Below, in pieces: positions 1-7,814 of a stretch of DNA of 64,000 nt. The first letter of the stretch is position 1. Each line of letters starts with the position of its first letter. A model generated the notes under the pieces. The model was given only the letters and a program-made list of their open reading frames with translations. It was not told where the DNA came from and did not search any database. Where the stretch lies: contig CAZYBS010000001.1 in assembly GCA_964645245.1 (NCBI GenBank), forward strand, positions 91,388-155,387, read 5' to 3'. The stretch comes from an uncultured Candidatus Saccharibacteria bacterium (lineage in GTDB: Bacteria; Patescibacteriota; Minisyncoccia; Phycocordibacterales; UBA9973). The translations under genes were made by a program, and so were the position numbers.

Positions 1-603
1 AGCAAAAAGTCCGCCAGCAAGCGCGCAAAATGCGGAAGTAATTACAAAAACAATAAGCTTATAGTAGCGTGTATTATACCCGAAGATTTGGATAGTCTTG
101 TCGTCTTCTCGGATAGCTTGCAACACTCGGCCAAAGGAACTTTTCGCAACGAAGTGTAGTAATAAATAAGAGAATCCAAAGAATAAAATTGCTAAGATCA
201 AAAAAAGTGAGTGTGTGTTGAAAGCGAAACCAAAAAGAATCGGAGGCCCGATACCTGGAATGCCGAGTGGACCGCGAGTTAGCATCTCAAGATTTTGTGC
301 CAAGCTGTAAACGATCATGGTAAAGCTGAGAGTAGCCAAAACAAAATAATCGCCAGAAAGCTTTGAAAAAACAAAACCGAGAAAATATCCCAGAGCCATA
401 GATAAAATCATGCCAACAAGTACAGCAAGAAAAAAGTTGAAATGAAACATGGTCATCAATACAGCCACAGTATAAGCTCCGATTCCCATAAAAGCTCCGC
501 CGGCAACAGAAATAAGACCGGTATATCCAGAAAGTAAATTCAAGGCAAGTCCGGCTATGCCGAAGATGGAAGAAAGTATTAAGATGTGGAGCAAGTATTC
601 CAT
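1..603 (-). CDS. Branched-chain amino acid ABC transporter permease (LivM-like), partial; runs off the left edge of the window
   Basis: Reverse-complement translation from the ATG at 603-601 gives MEYLLHILILSSIFGIAGLALNLLSGYTGLISVAGGAFMGIGAYTVAVL..., the G-rich TM pattern typical of the LivH/LivM permease family. It lies directly upstream of the LivH-like permease in the same operon orientation. Confidence 0.5.
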   Translation of the reverse strand, partial: MEYLLHILILSSIFGIAGLALNLLSGYTGLISVAGGAFMGIGAYTVAVLMTMFHFNFFLAVLVGMILSMALGYFLGFVFSKLSGDYFVLATLSFTMIVYSLAQNLEMLTRGPLGIPGIGPPILFGFAFNTHSLFLILAILFFGFSYLLLHFVAKSSFGRVLQAIREDDKTIQIFGYNTRYYKLIVFVITSAFCALAGGLFA

Positions 604-606
604 ATT

Positions 607-1476
607 TTATTGAAGTCGATAAAATAATCCTTTAGGCCGGATGAGAAGAATGAAAATTAAAACCAAAAAAGCGGTTGGGTCGCGCCATTCAGTTGAAAAT
701 AGAAAAACCGCTGCATTTTCAGCCACCGCCAGGATAAGCCCTCCTAAAATGCCACCTTTGATGTTTCCGATCCCTCCGACAATAGAGGCAATTACTGCCT
801 TCAAGAGAAAAGCCATTCCCATAATAGGTAAAAGTCCGGTGTCGTAGCCGAAAAGAATACCGGAGAGTCCTGCAATTAAGGCACTAACTGCGACAGTTTT
901 CATAATAATTTTCCTGGCCGGAACGCCAGTGATTTCTGCCACTTCCGTATCATCATCAATGGCCCGTAGGGCACGACCGTATTGGCTGTGATAAAGTACA
1001 ATAAGCAGAACTACACTAACTGTTATTGCCGTGAAAATAGTAAGAACATTCACTAGAGTTATATGTCCTCCGAGAATGGTAAAAATTCTTGCCGGGCCGT
1101 CTGATAAAGACTGATATTGACTGGTAAAGAATATTGATATAATTGCAGTTCCGGCAGTGTAAATACCAAGAGAGGCTATTAGTGGAACTAAATTTGATAC
1201 GTTCTTTTTTTTCTGGAAACGACTGTAAATAAAAACATCGAGTATGAGCGCCATAAGCATTGTAATCCCCAGGGCAAGGAGTAGAGCAAGTAAAAAAGAA
1301 AAATCAAATTCCCGTTTAAATAAAAACATCAGATACCCGCCGAGAGTAATAAGAACCCCATAAGATATATCAAAAAACTTTCTCGTTTTGTAGAGTAAAT
1401 TAAAACCAAGCGACAGGAGAACATAGCCTCCCGCTGCGAGGACTGTATTAAGGATGATCTGGACAAATATGGACAT
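607..1476 (-). CDS. Branched-chain amino acid ABC transporter permease (LivH-like)
   Basis: 289-aa polytopic membrane protein. LivH-family sequence character (…LLSLGFNLLYK…GGYLMF…). Adjacent to the substrate-binding protein and the second permease. Confidence 0.75.
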   Translation of the reverse strand: MSIFVQIILNTVLAAGGYVLLSLGFNLLYKTRKFFDISYGVLITLGGYLMFLFKREFDFSFLLALLLALGITMLMALILDVFIYSRFQKKKNVSNLVPLIASLGIYTAGTAIISIFFTSQYQSLSDGPARIFTILGGHITLVNVLTIFTAITVSVVLLIVLYHSQYGRALRAIDDDTEVAEITGVPARKIIMKTVAVSALIAGLSGILFGYDTGLLPIMGMAFLLKAVIASIVGGIGNIKGGILGGLILAVAENAAVFLFSTEWRDPTAFLVLIFILLIRPKGLFYRLQ

Positions 1477-1479
1477 CCT

Positions 1480-2628
1480 CTACTTAGTATACAACATCAC
1501 TGCTCCATTTTTGATGACCTTCGGAACATGTCCGCCAGCCACATCCCCATTACTTCCAATAGTAACTTTGCCTGAAGCACCATCCCAATCTTTTAAGGTT
1601 CGAATCCATTTGGATAGCTTTTGACCATTATTCCCAACAGCTTTTATGCCTTCTGCAAGTATATAGACACTATCATATTCCGTCTGGCCATAGCTTTGGT
1701 AGGGCGTGTCTGCACTATATTTCGCTTTATATGCGTCTAATAAATGTTTGAAGGTTGGATTATTGGGATCAGTACTAAACTCTGCTCCTAGTGTATCTTC
1801 AAGTGCAACTTTATTATCCAACACAGTCTTAGCATCGCCAGTAACAGCGTCTGAAACAAGAAGCGGAACTTTCCACTTAAGCTCAGTCATTTGTTTCAGT
1901 ATGCGCATAGCTACTGCTGGAGTTTGCGTGTCAATAAAAAGAGCATCCGGATTTTGAGCTTTCAACTTTGTTAAAGAAGATCGAAAGTCGGTAGTGCTGG
2001 AAGGAAATTCTTCTTTGAGGGTCTTGCCGCCAAAAGCGGAGAAGTTTGCGTCAAAAGCTTTATAAATACCGAGCGGATAATCTAATTGCTCCTGCATGAA
2101 AGCCACGGTTTTCCAGCCTTTGTCGTTGTAAGAAACATCAGCGAGAACTTTTCCTTGAGTAGAATCGCTAGGATAGTTACGAACAAAGTATTGACTCTTC
2201 CCCGTTAAGTCTGGACTTGAAGAACCAGGTGAGAAAAGAAGCACCCGAGCAGCAGTAGCAATCGGTTCAGCCGCAAGTGATTCACTTGAGCAGAACCCGC
2301 CAATTATTACTTGCACTTTGTCTGCATTTACCAGTTTTTGAGCTGCGCTAGCCGCAGAAGGACCAGAACATTTCCCATCTTCAAAAATCATTTGAAGTGG
2401 TTTACTGTTCACTCCTCCTGCTTGATTAATTTCATCTGCTGCAAGCGCAATAACATTTTGTCCCGGTTCACCATATACAGCGGCATCACCAGTAAGCGGC
2501 AATATTACACCGATCTTAATAGTGCTAGCCTCTCCCCCCACTCCCTTTTTACCACTCATTGAAGATATTCCCCAAATAATAAGAATTGCAACCACTCCCC
2601 ACGCAATAACTTTTCCTGTTGTAGTCAT
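1480..2628 (-). CDS. ABC transporter substrate-binding protein, Leu/Ile/Val-binding family (LivK/LivJ-like)
   Basis: 382 aa with an N-terminal signal/TM. Type-I periplasmic binding fold motifs (IKIGVILPLTGDAAVYGEPGQNVIALAADEIN…). Sits first in the liv-like operon. Confidence 0.75.
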   Translation of the reverse strand: MTTTGKVIAWGVVAILIIWGISSMSGKKGVGGEASTIKIGVILPLTGDAAVYGEPGQNVIALAADEINQAGGVNSKPLQMIFEDGKCSGPSAASAAQKLVNADKVQVIIGGFCSSESLAAEPIATAARVLLFSPGSSSPDLTGKSQYFVRNYPSDSTQGKVLADVSYNDKGWKTVAFMQEQLDYPLGIYKAFDANFSAFGGKTLKEEFPSSTTDFRSSLTKLKAQNPDALFIDTQTPAVAMRILKQMTELKWKVPLLVSDAVTGDAKTVLDNKVALEDTLGAEFSTDPNNPTFKHLLDAYKAKYSADTPYQSYGQTEYDSVYILAEGIKAVGNNGQKLSKWIRTLKDWDGASGKVTIGSNGDVAGGHVPKVIKNGAVMLYTK

Positions 2629-2770
2629 AAAAATAATAAATTAAAATTAATAATATACTAAAAGTCTAGCAGAATTAATTTAATTGTCAAACTTTATAGT
2701 CAATAAAATGTTAATAACTCTTTGACTGAAGAGAGTCTTTTAAAAACATTAATTTTTTGTGGAAAAATAT

Positions 2771-2800
2771 TGACACAAATATACTAAATAATATATACTC
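2771..2800 (+). promoter_or_regulatory. Putative sigma70-type promoter (TTGACA-17/18-TATACT) for the TrmB-like gene; near-leaderless
   Basis: TTGACAcaaatatactaaataatataTACTcattctATG. Read directly from the sequence. Confidence 0.35.
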
Positions 2801-2805
2801 ATTCT

Positions 2806-3597
2806 ATGACTCGTATACAACAACAAGAGCATATAAATCTGGAACAATCTTTAATAGAGATAGGCCTTTCAAAGAAGGAGGCGGGAGTATATATTGCATT
2901 ACTTTTACTCGGCCATGGAACAGTCTCGCAAATCTCTCGCCGGGCCAATATCAATCGTACGACTGGCTACGATATTCTGGACTCCCTGTCCACCAAAGGA
3001 CTCGTCAGCATTTCCGGCAAGGAACCAAAACAGGAATACAGCGCCGAATCACCGGAAAATTTAAGCAAGTTTATTTCCGAAGATATAAAAAATAAAAACG
3101 AAGCATTAAAAAAAACGGAAGAGATTATTCCAGAATTGAAATCAATACATAATGTGAAAGACCGGCCAAAAGTATTTTTTTATGAAGGCCGGGAAGGATT
3201 GGAAAAAGTTTATGAAGATACGCTTACTTCAACTGAGACCATCCGGGCTTATGCAAATGTAGAGCATATGAATGCAGGACTGCCGGGATATTTCCCAGAA
3301 TATTTCAAGAGGCGAGCTTCCAAGGGAATTTTTATTCGCGGTATTGGTCCAAAAACAGAAGAAAATATTGAACTAGGGAAACGCAATGTTGAAGAAAAAC
3401 GTGAAATGGCTTTAGTCCCGAGAGATAAATACGACTTTGTTCCGGAAATAAATATTTATGATAATAAAGTTATGATTGCTTCCTGGCACGAACAACTCGG
3501 CATCATTATTGAAAGCACGGAAATAGCCGATGCGATGAAAGTAATATACGAACTCGCCTGGGCCGAAGCAAAGAGATTGGATAAAACTGAAAATTAG
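2806..3597 (+). CDS. TrmB-family transcriptional regulator (paralog 1 of 3)
   Basis: N-terminal winged HTH (LSKKEAGVYIALLLLGHGTVSQISRRANINRTTGYDILDSLSTKGLVS) plus a C-terminal TrmB-like domain. About 70% identical to the ORF at 15796..16584. Confidence 0.6.
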   Translation: MTRIQQQEHINLEQSLIEIGLSKKEAGVYIALLLLGHGTVSQISRRANINRTTGYDILDSLSTKGLVSISGKEPKQEYSAESPENLSKFISEDIKNKNEALKKTEEIIPELKSIHNVKDRPKVFFYEGREGLEKVYEDTLTSTETIRAYANVEHMNAGLPGYFPEYFKRRASKGIFIRGIGPKTEENIELGKRNVEEKREMALVPRDKYDFVPEINIYDNKVMIASWHEQLGIIIESTEIADAMKVIYELAWAEAKRLDKTEN

Positions 3598-4160
3598 TAT
3601 TTTCTAATCACCGCCTTTAGAACTGCGTTGATGTTAAGAGTATAAGTTGGATAGATTGGCTTATAATTTTTATTGGCGGGTTCCAGCCAGACTTTGGCGC
3701 CATTTTTGCGAAAGTATTTCATCGTGAATTCCCCGTCTACTTCGGCGATAACTATCTCGCCGTCTTTCGCCTGATTGGTCTTCTCCACCAAGACCATGTC
3801 GCCCTTTTCTATATGTGCGTCTATCATAGAGTCCCCGTCCACTTCCAGCATATAAGTTAACGCTTTGTTTTTAACAAGTAAATCGTCAAGGTTCACGGTG
3901 TCCGCCAATTCTTCTTCCACTGTGGCTGGGAATCCCGCGGTGACAAGCCCGAGCATCGGAACTTCTCCGAAAATCTTGCTTGGGACGAGTCTGCCCAAAT
4001 GATCTTTCACCACCAATCCGGCCTCCATCAATTTCTCCACCACTCTAAACACGGCGTTCTTGGATTTGAAGCCGAAAAGTTTCGTCATTTCCGAGTAGGT
4101 GGGCATTCTTTTATTTTGCGAGTAGAAAGATTCTAATTTTATTTGGTGTAGATTACGCAT
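3594..4160 (-). CDS. lexA: LexA repressor (S24 peptidase, SOS regulator)
   Basis: N-terminal wHTH and a C-terminal S24 domain with the GDSM catalytic Ser motif and a conserved Lys (…EVDGDSMIDAHIEKGDMVLVE…GEIVIAEVDGEFTMKYF). Confidence 0.85.
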   Translation of the reverse strand: MRNLHQIKLESFYSQNKRMPTYSEMTKLFGFKSKNAVFRVVEKLMEAGLVVKDHLGRLVPSKIFGEVPMLGLVTAGFPATVEEELADTVNLDDLLVKNKALTYMLEVDGDSMIDAHIEKGDMVLVEKTNQAKDGEIVIAEVDGEFTMKYFRKNGAKVWLEPANKNYKPIYPTYTLNINAVLKAVIRKY

Positions 4161-4359
4161 AGATGTTCTTGCGGAAGAATAAGTGAATCATTCTTTGCGC
4201 AAGACTTCGTCTGGTATGATAGCGAACTTTCTGCAAGAGTAATTTATGATCTCTGGCTTCCTTAAAATACGCTTCCCCTTGGAGAATTTTCAAATCAATT
4301 TTCTTGTTGATTTTCTGTATTTCCCTTTCTAACATTTTTAAATATTGTGTTTGTAACAT
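4153..4359 (-). CDS. Small hypothetical protein translationally coupled to lexA (its stop overlaps the lexA start)
   Basis: 68-aa ORF whose TAA overlaps lexA codons 2-3. No recognisable ribosome-binding site, so this is uncertain. Confidence 0.25.
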   Translation of the reverse strand: MLQTQYLKMLEREIQKINKKIDLKILQGEAYFKEARDHKLLLQKVRYHTRRSLAQRMIHLFFRKNIYA

Positions 4360-4380
4360 AAATAATAAATTTAGTAATAA

Positions 4381-4436
4381 TACCCCCTCCTATTTCTCCT
4401 CCCCCTATATAGGGGGAGGCTGGGTAGGGGTAAGGA
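4381..4436. repeat. GC-rich palindromic repeat element, family A, intergenic copy
   Basis: TACCCCCTCC…CTCCTCCCCCTATATAGGGGGAGGC…GGGGTA. Nested inverted repeats. Same family as the in-frame copy inside ksgA at 32338-32397. Confidence 0.7.
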
Positions 4437-4456
4437 ACGACCTGCAGTTAGTATAA

Positions 4457-4472
4457 GTGAACGAGCGTTCAC
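4457..4472. promoter_or_regulatory. LexA operator (Cheo-box type, GAAC-N4-GTTC) between divergent lexA and a GC-rich small ORF
   Basis: gtGAACgagcGTTCac is a perfect palindrome matching the GAAC-N4-GTTC SOS-box consensus of Gram-positive and many other phyla. It lies ~85 bp upstream of the ORF at 4555 and ~100 bp upstream of the small ORF that precedes lexA. Confidence 0.5.
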
Positions 4473-4554
4473 TTGTCAATATGGGGCTGTGGATAACCCA
4501 AAATGATTAAAAATAGATATTAAGCTATAGTTTTGTTGGAGAGGAGAACACGCA

Positions 4555-4851
4555 ATGCTCAAACCACTTCCAGGTATTGTCATCGGCGTCTTGCTGGTGC
4601 TCGTATTCTATGGCGTAAATATCTGGTCGGCCTCTCAGGCCGATTATCGGCACGAGATTGCCACCGCAGAAATCCTGCTTAGGGGCGATCAAGTATCGCC
4701 CACTGAGTACGAAGAATTTTCCAAAATCGGGTGTTTCTTGAACACCAAGTCCCGCTACTTCTACAAGCGCGTAACTGAGCAGGGACTCAAGAGAGAGGAA
4801 GTGGAAAGGCTCTGTGCGAGCGTGCAGGTCAGGGCATTCGTCGTGAATTGA
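4555..4851 (+). CDS. Small GC-rich membrane protein (N-terminal TM helix), putatively SOS-regulated; hypothetical
   Basis: 98 aa. GGAGAGGAG ribosome-binding site 7 nt upstream. TM helix GIVIGVLLVLVFYGVNIW. Local GC ~52% against a ~38% background. Followed by a hairpin and T-run at 4858-4940. An ORF on the opposite strand overlaps it, which is typical of GC-rich DNA. Confidence 0.4.
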   Translation: MLKPLPGIVIGVLLVLVFYGVNIWSASQADYRHEIATAEILLRGDQVSPTEYEEFSKIGCFLNTKSRYFYKRVTEQGLKREEVERLCASVQVRAFVVN

Positions 4852-4857
4852 GTTCAT

Positions 4858-4940
4858 GTGCGGGGCGACAGCGGTTTGGATAAAATCAGTCTCGACGGGA
4901 AAAGCGCTTGACGCTGCCCCGCCGAGACTTTTCCTTTTCT
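4858..4940 (+). terminator. Hairpin (gcggggcgacagcg…cgctgccccgc) followed by a T-rich tract
   Basis: Inverted repeat of ~11 bp with a large loop, then ttttccttttct. Candidate terminator of the 4555 transcription unit. Confidence 0.3.
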
Positions 4941-5008
4941 GACTTAATACCATAATAACCACGGCCGTTGCTATTATGATATTATATAAAATTTCCAGCT
5001 AGGCAAGC

Positions 5009-6565
5009 CTAACTATTCACTTTCGGCCGATACTGTATCGCCTCCAGGATATGATTCGCTTGCACATCGGGAGAACTTTCCAAGTCGGCGATGGTACGGG
5101 CGATTTTGATGACGCGGTGATAGGCGCGGGCGGAGAGTCCAAGACGCTCGGCGCTGTCATCCAGCAAATCCCTGACTTCTTTAGTAAGTTTAACCATGCT
5201 TCCCAAGTCTTTGACATTCATTTCACTATTGGTGGCTATATCTCTATTTAATTTTTGAAATCGGCTTTTCTGAATTTCTCGCGCTTTTTGCACACGCACT
5301 TTTATTTTTTCGCTCTCCTCCCCGTCCCGCTTACTTCCCTCTGCGCCCAGCTTTTTATAATCCACATTGCCGACCGAGACCCAGAGGTCAATGCGGTCTA
5401 TTATTGGTCCGGATAACTTTCTTTTATACCTGTCCAAGTCGGACGGCTTGCAGATACATTGTTTCTTTTTGCTTCCGGCATTTCCGCAGGGGCAAGGATT
5501 CATCGCCGCAATTAAAATAAAATTAGACGGGAAAATTGCCGAGCCTTTGGCGCGGGAAATTGAAACAATATTATCTTCCAATGGCTGCCGCAGCGACTCT
5601 ATCACTCTTTTTTCAAATTCCGGAAATTCATCCAGAAATAAAACCCCTCGGTGCGCCAGCGTCACTTCCCCCGGTTTTGGATATGTTCCCCCGCCGACAA
5701 TAGAGACATAAGACGAAGTGTGATGCGGAGCGCGGAACGGAGGGAAACACACCAGCTCGCCCCTGGCACTTCCGGCCACCGAATGAATACCGGTTATTTC
5801 CAAGACTTCGTCAGCACTTAAATCAGGCAATAAACCCGAGAACACTCGAGCCAGCATCGTCTTGCCGGTGCCGGGCGGACCATACATGGCAATGTTGTGT
5901 CCGCCCGCCGCGGCAATTTCCAGCCCGCGCTTGGCGCCTTCTTGCCCGCGAATGTCGGAAAAATCCCCGCCTTTCATTTCTCTCTTGTAACTTATTTTAG
6001 TCTTCGGCTGAGCAGGGATTTTCTTTTTTTTATTTTCCAAGTTTTTCTTTTCATTAATATGTTCTATAACTTCTTGTAAATTGCCAGCGCCGAAAATTTT
6101 TAGACCCTCTACTAATGCCGCTTCAACTGCATTTTCTTTGGGCAAATATATTTCCTCATATCCGCGCCTTTTGGCTTCTTCCGCCAGTGGCAGCGCCCCC
6201 CGGATACTGCGCAGTATGCCATCCAGCCCCAGTTCGCCTAGAAAAATCCTTTTCTCCGAATTAAATTTAATATCACCGCTAGCAGAAAGATAGGCAATAG
6301 CAATCGCCAAATCAAAAAACGGCCCTTCTTTTTTTAAGTCAGCCGGTGAAAGTGAGACGGTTATTTTTTGATTTTTGGCTTTCGGAGATTTAAAACCGGA
6401 ATTTTTTACGGCGCCGCTGACTCGGTCTTTTGATTCATCCACCGCTTTATCCGGCAGACCCACCACACTAAAAGCATGAAGTCCTTTTGATAAATCCACC
6501 TCAATTGTCACAATGACTCCTTTTAACAAATTTACTTGGGCTGAATAGACTTTGGCAAAAGACAT
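5009..6565 (-). CDS. comM: YifB/ComM-family Mg-chelatase-like AAA+ ATPase
   Basis: N-terminal Lon-like domain, Walker A GPPGTGKTMLA, and a C-terminal Mg-chelatase domain. 518 aa. Confidence 0.85.
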   Translation of the reverse strand: MSFAKVYSAQVNLLKGVIVTIEVDLSKGLHAFSVVGLPDKAVDESKDRVSGAVKNSGFKSPKAKNQKITVSLSPADLKKEGPFFDLAIAIAYLSASGDIKFNSEKRIFLGELGLDGILRSIRGALPLAEEAKRRGYEEIYLPKENAVEAALVEGLKIFGAGNLQEVIEHINEKKNLENKKKKIPAQPKTKISYKREMKGGDFSDIRGQEGAKRGLEIAAAGGHNIAMYGPPGTGKTMLARVFSGLLPDLSADEVLEITGIHSVAGSARGELVCFPPFRAPHHTSSYVSIVGGGTYPKPGEVTLAHRGVLFLDEFPEFEKRVIESLRQPLEDNIVSISRAKGSAIFPSNFILIAAMNPCPCGNAGSKKKQCICKPSDLDRYKRKLSGPIIDRIDLWVSVGNVDYKKLGAEGSKRDGEESEKIKVRVQKAREIQKSRFQKLNRDIATNSEMNVKDLGSMVKLTKEVRDLLDDSAERLGLSARAYHRVIKIARTIADLESSPDVQANHILEAIQYRPKVNS

Positions 6566-6572
6566 GGTGATT

Positions 6573-6935
6573 TTAATTCTCTAAATGCTTTTTGCAGGTT
6601 CGAGCGGCCGGATTGGCTTCCAGGCGCGTCATTTCAATATCTTTTTTACAGACCTCGCACTTGCCGAAAGATTCCCTATTTAATCCCTTCAGCGCTTTCA
6701 AAATGTTATTTAATCTGGGCTCCAGGGTTTTAATCATCGAACTCCTCGCCTCAAAGTCCTCAAACCGGTCGGCCATATCATTCTGGTCCGACTGTGGAAA
6801 ATTTAGCTCTTCGGGCGTCGCCTCCCACTCGTCTGTCTCAACATTCAGTTTGCCCATATCTCGCAATTCCTCTAAAAGTATGTCGCGTTCTTTTTCTAAT
6901 TTATCTTTAATTTTTTGCTTATCTAACATGAACAC
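6573..6935 (-). CDS. DksA/TraR-family C4 zinc-finger protein
   Basis: C-terminal CEVCKKDIEMTRLEANPAARTCKKH is the CxxC…CxxC DksA/TraR signature, after a coiled-coil N-terminus. Confidence 0.65.
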   Translation of the reverse strand: MFMLDKQKIKDKLEKERDILLEELRDMGKLNVETDEWEATPEELNFPQSDQNDMADRFEDFEARSSMIKTLEPRLNNILKALKGLNRESFGKCEVCKKDIEMTRLEANPAARTCKKHLEN

Positions 6936-6970
6936 ATGATAGCATGCTGTATTTTCATAGCAAGTTTATA

Positions 6971-7813
6971 TCACTTTTTAATTTGGCTGGAAGCCAGGCG
7001 GAGCATTATTTCATGCGTGGCATTTTCAGTCTGGGTGATAATGACCGAAGTATCATCCGCAAAAATATACATCATCACTGTCTTACCATCTTTGTCATAA
7101 AGAATACGCGCATTTTTGTTTTGCACAATATTGTCCTCAAAATTTTTAGTCAGAAGATATTTCGTTTCCGGAGAAATATTAAATCCAAAGAAATCATGCA
7201 AATCAAGAAACATTTTGTTTTCCCAAGCGCGCCAAGAATCGAAAACATCAGCTAGGGAACGCACTTTAAGCAGCATAAAAAAGTCATTGGTATCATTATT
7301 GACAACACCAAGTAAAAAATTATCATTCACAAAATTATCTGGCGGAAAATCTGCCTTTATAAGTTCCATAAATCTTCTGAGCCTTATTATTCTTTTATCG
7401 AAAGTGAGATAAATTCCTTCCACTCCTCCGTTTTTAACTTGCGTTGTATTAACTTCATTTAGAATAGTTTGAACTATTTCGTTTTTACTAAAACCTTTCA
7501 CTTCAAAAAAGGCACTTTGGTCGTTAAAAATAATAGGTACGAATTGTTTTTCCGGCTCAACCGTGTAAATCTCATTTCTGAAAAAGAAAAACAGCAAAAT
7601 GGCAAAAGCGGTCAAAGTTAAGGTTAAACTTGTAAACATGAAAAGTTTGTTCTTTTTTGACTCCGGAGAGTATTGCTCTTTCTCTATTTCATGTTCTTCC
7701 TCCCCGTGAATTATTTTTTTTATTAGTCCTCCCTTGTCATCTTCAATTACCTTGGCCATATCTTCGGCATAGGTTTGCACAATCTTATTTTGCGTTCTGT
7801 TATCTTGCTGCAT
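6971..7813 (-). CDS. Hypothetical single-pass membrane protein
   Basis: One TM (LFMFTSLTLTLTAFAILLFFFF). I chose the start at MQQDN, which ends 2 nt from the pnp stop. The longer listed ORF would overlap pnp by ~100 nt. Confidence 0.45.
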   Translation of the reverse strand: MQQDNRTQNKIVQTYAEDMAKVIEDDKGGLIKKIIHGEEEHEIEKEQYSPESKKNKLFMFTSLTLTLTAFAILLFFFFRNEIYTVEPEKQFVPIIFNDQSAFFEVKGFSKNEIVQTILNEVNTTQVKNGGVEGIYLTFDKRIIRLRRFMELIKADFPPDNFVNDNFLLGVVNNDTNDFFMLLKVRSLADVFDSWRAWENKMFLDLHDFFGFNISPETKYLLTKNFEDNIVQNKNARILYDKDGKTVMMYIFADDTSVIITQTENATHEIMLRLASSQIKK

Positions 7814-7814
7814 A

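Noticed and set aside
2757-3095. 112-aa plus-strand ORF overlapping the start of the TrmB-like gene.
   Set aside because: Out-of-frame overlap with a well-supported gene. Low-complexity product.
4525-4962. 145-aa minus-strand ORF overlapping the 98-aa plus-strand ORF.
   Set aside because: Such overlap is expected by chance in a GC-rich segment. The plus-strand ORF has a strong ribosome-binding site, a TM helix and a downstream terminator. The minus-strand product is low-complexity.
4850-4990. Possible tmRNA or other ncRNA. GGGGCGACAGCGG…UCGACGGG superficially resembles the tmRNA 5' end (GGGGCUGAUUCUGGAUUCGACGGG).
   Set aside because: There is no T-loop-like GGUUCGANUCC, no 3' acceptor/CCA-proximal sequence, and no tag-peptide reading frame. 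The 5' GGGG pairs locally with CGCTGCCCCGC 45 nt downstream, consistent with a simple hairpin/terminator.
5051-6293. Several 60-114-aa plus-strand ORFs inside comM.
   Set aside because: Antisense to a well-supported 518-aa AAA+ gene. No independent support.
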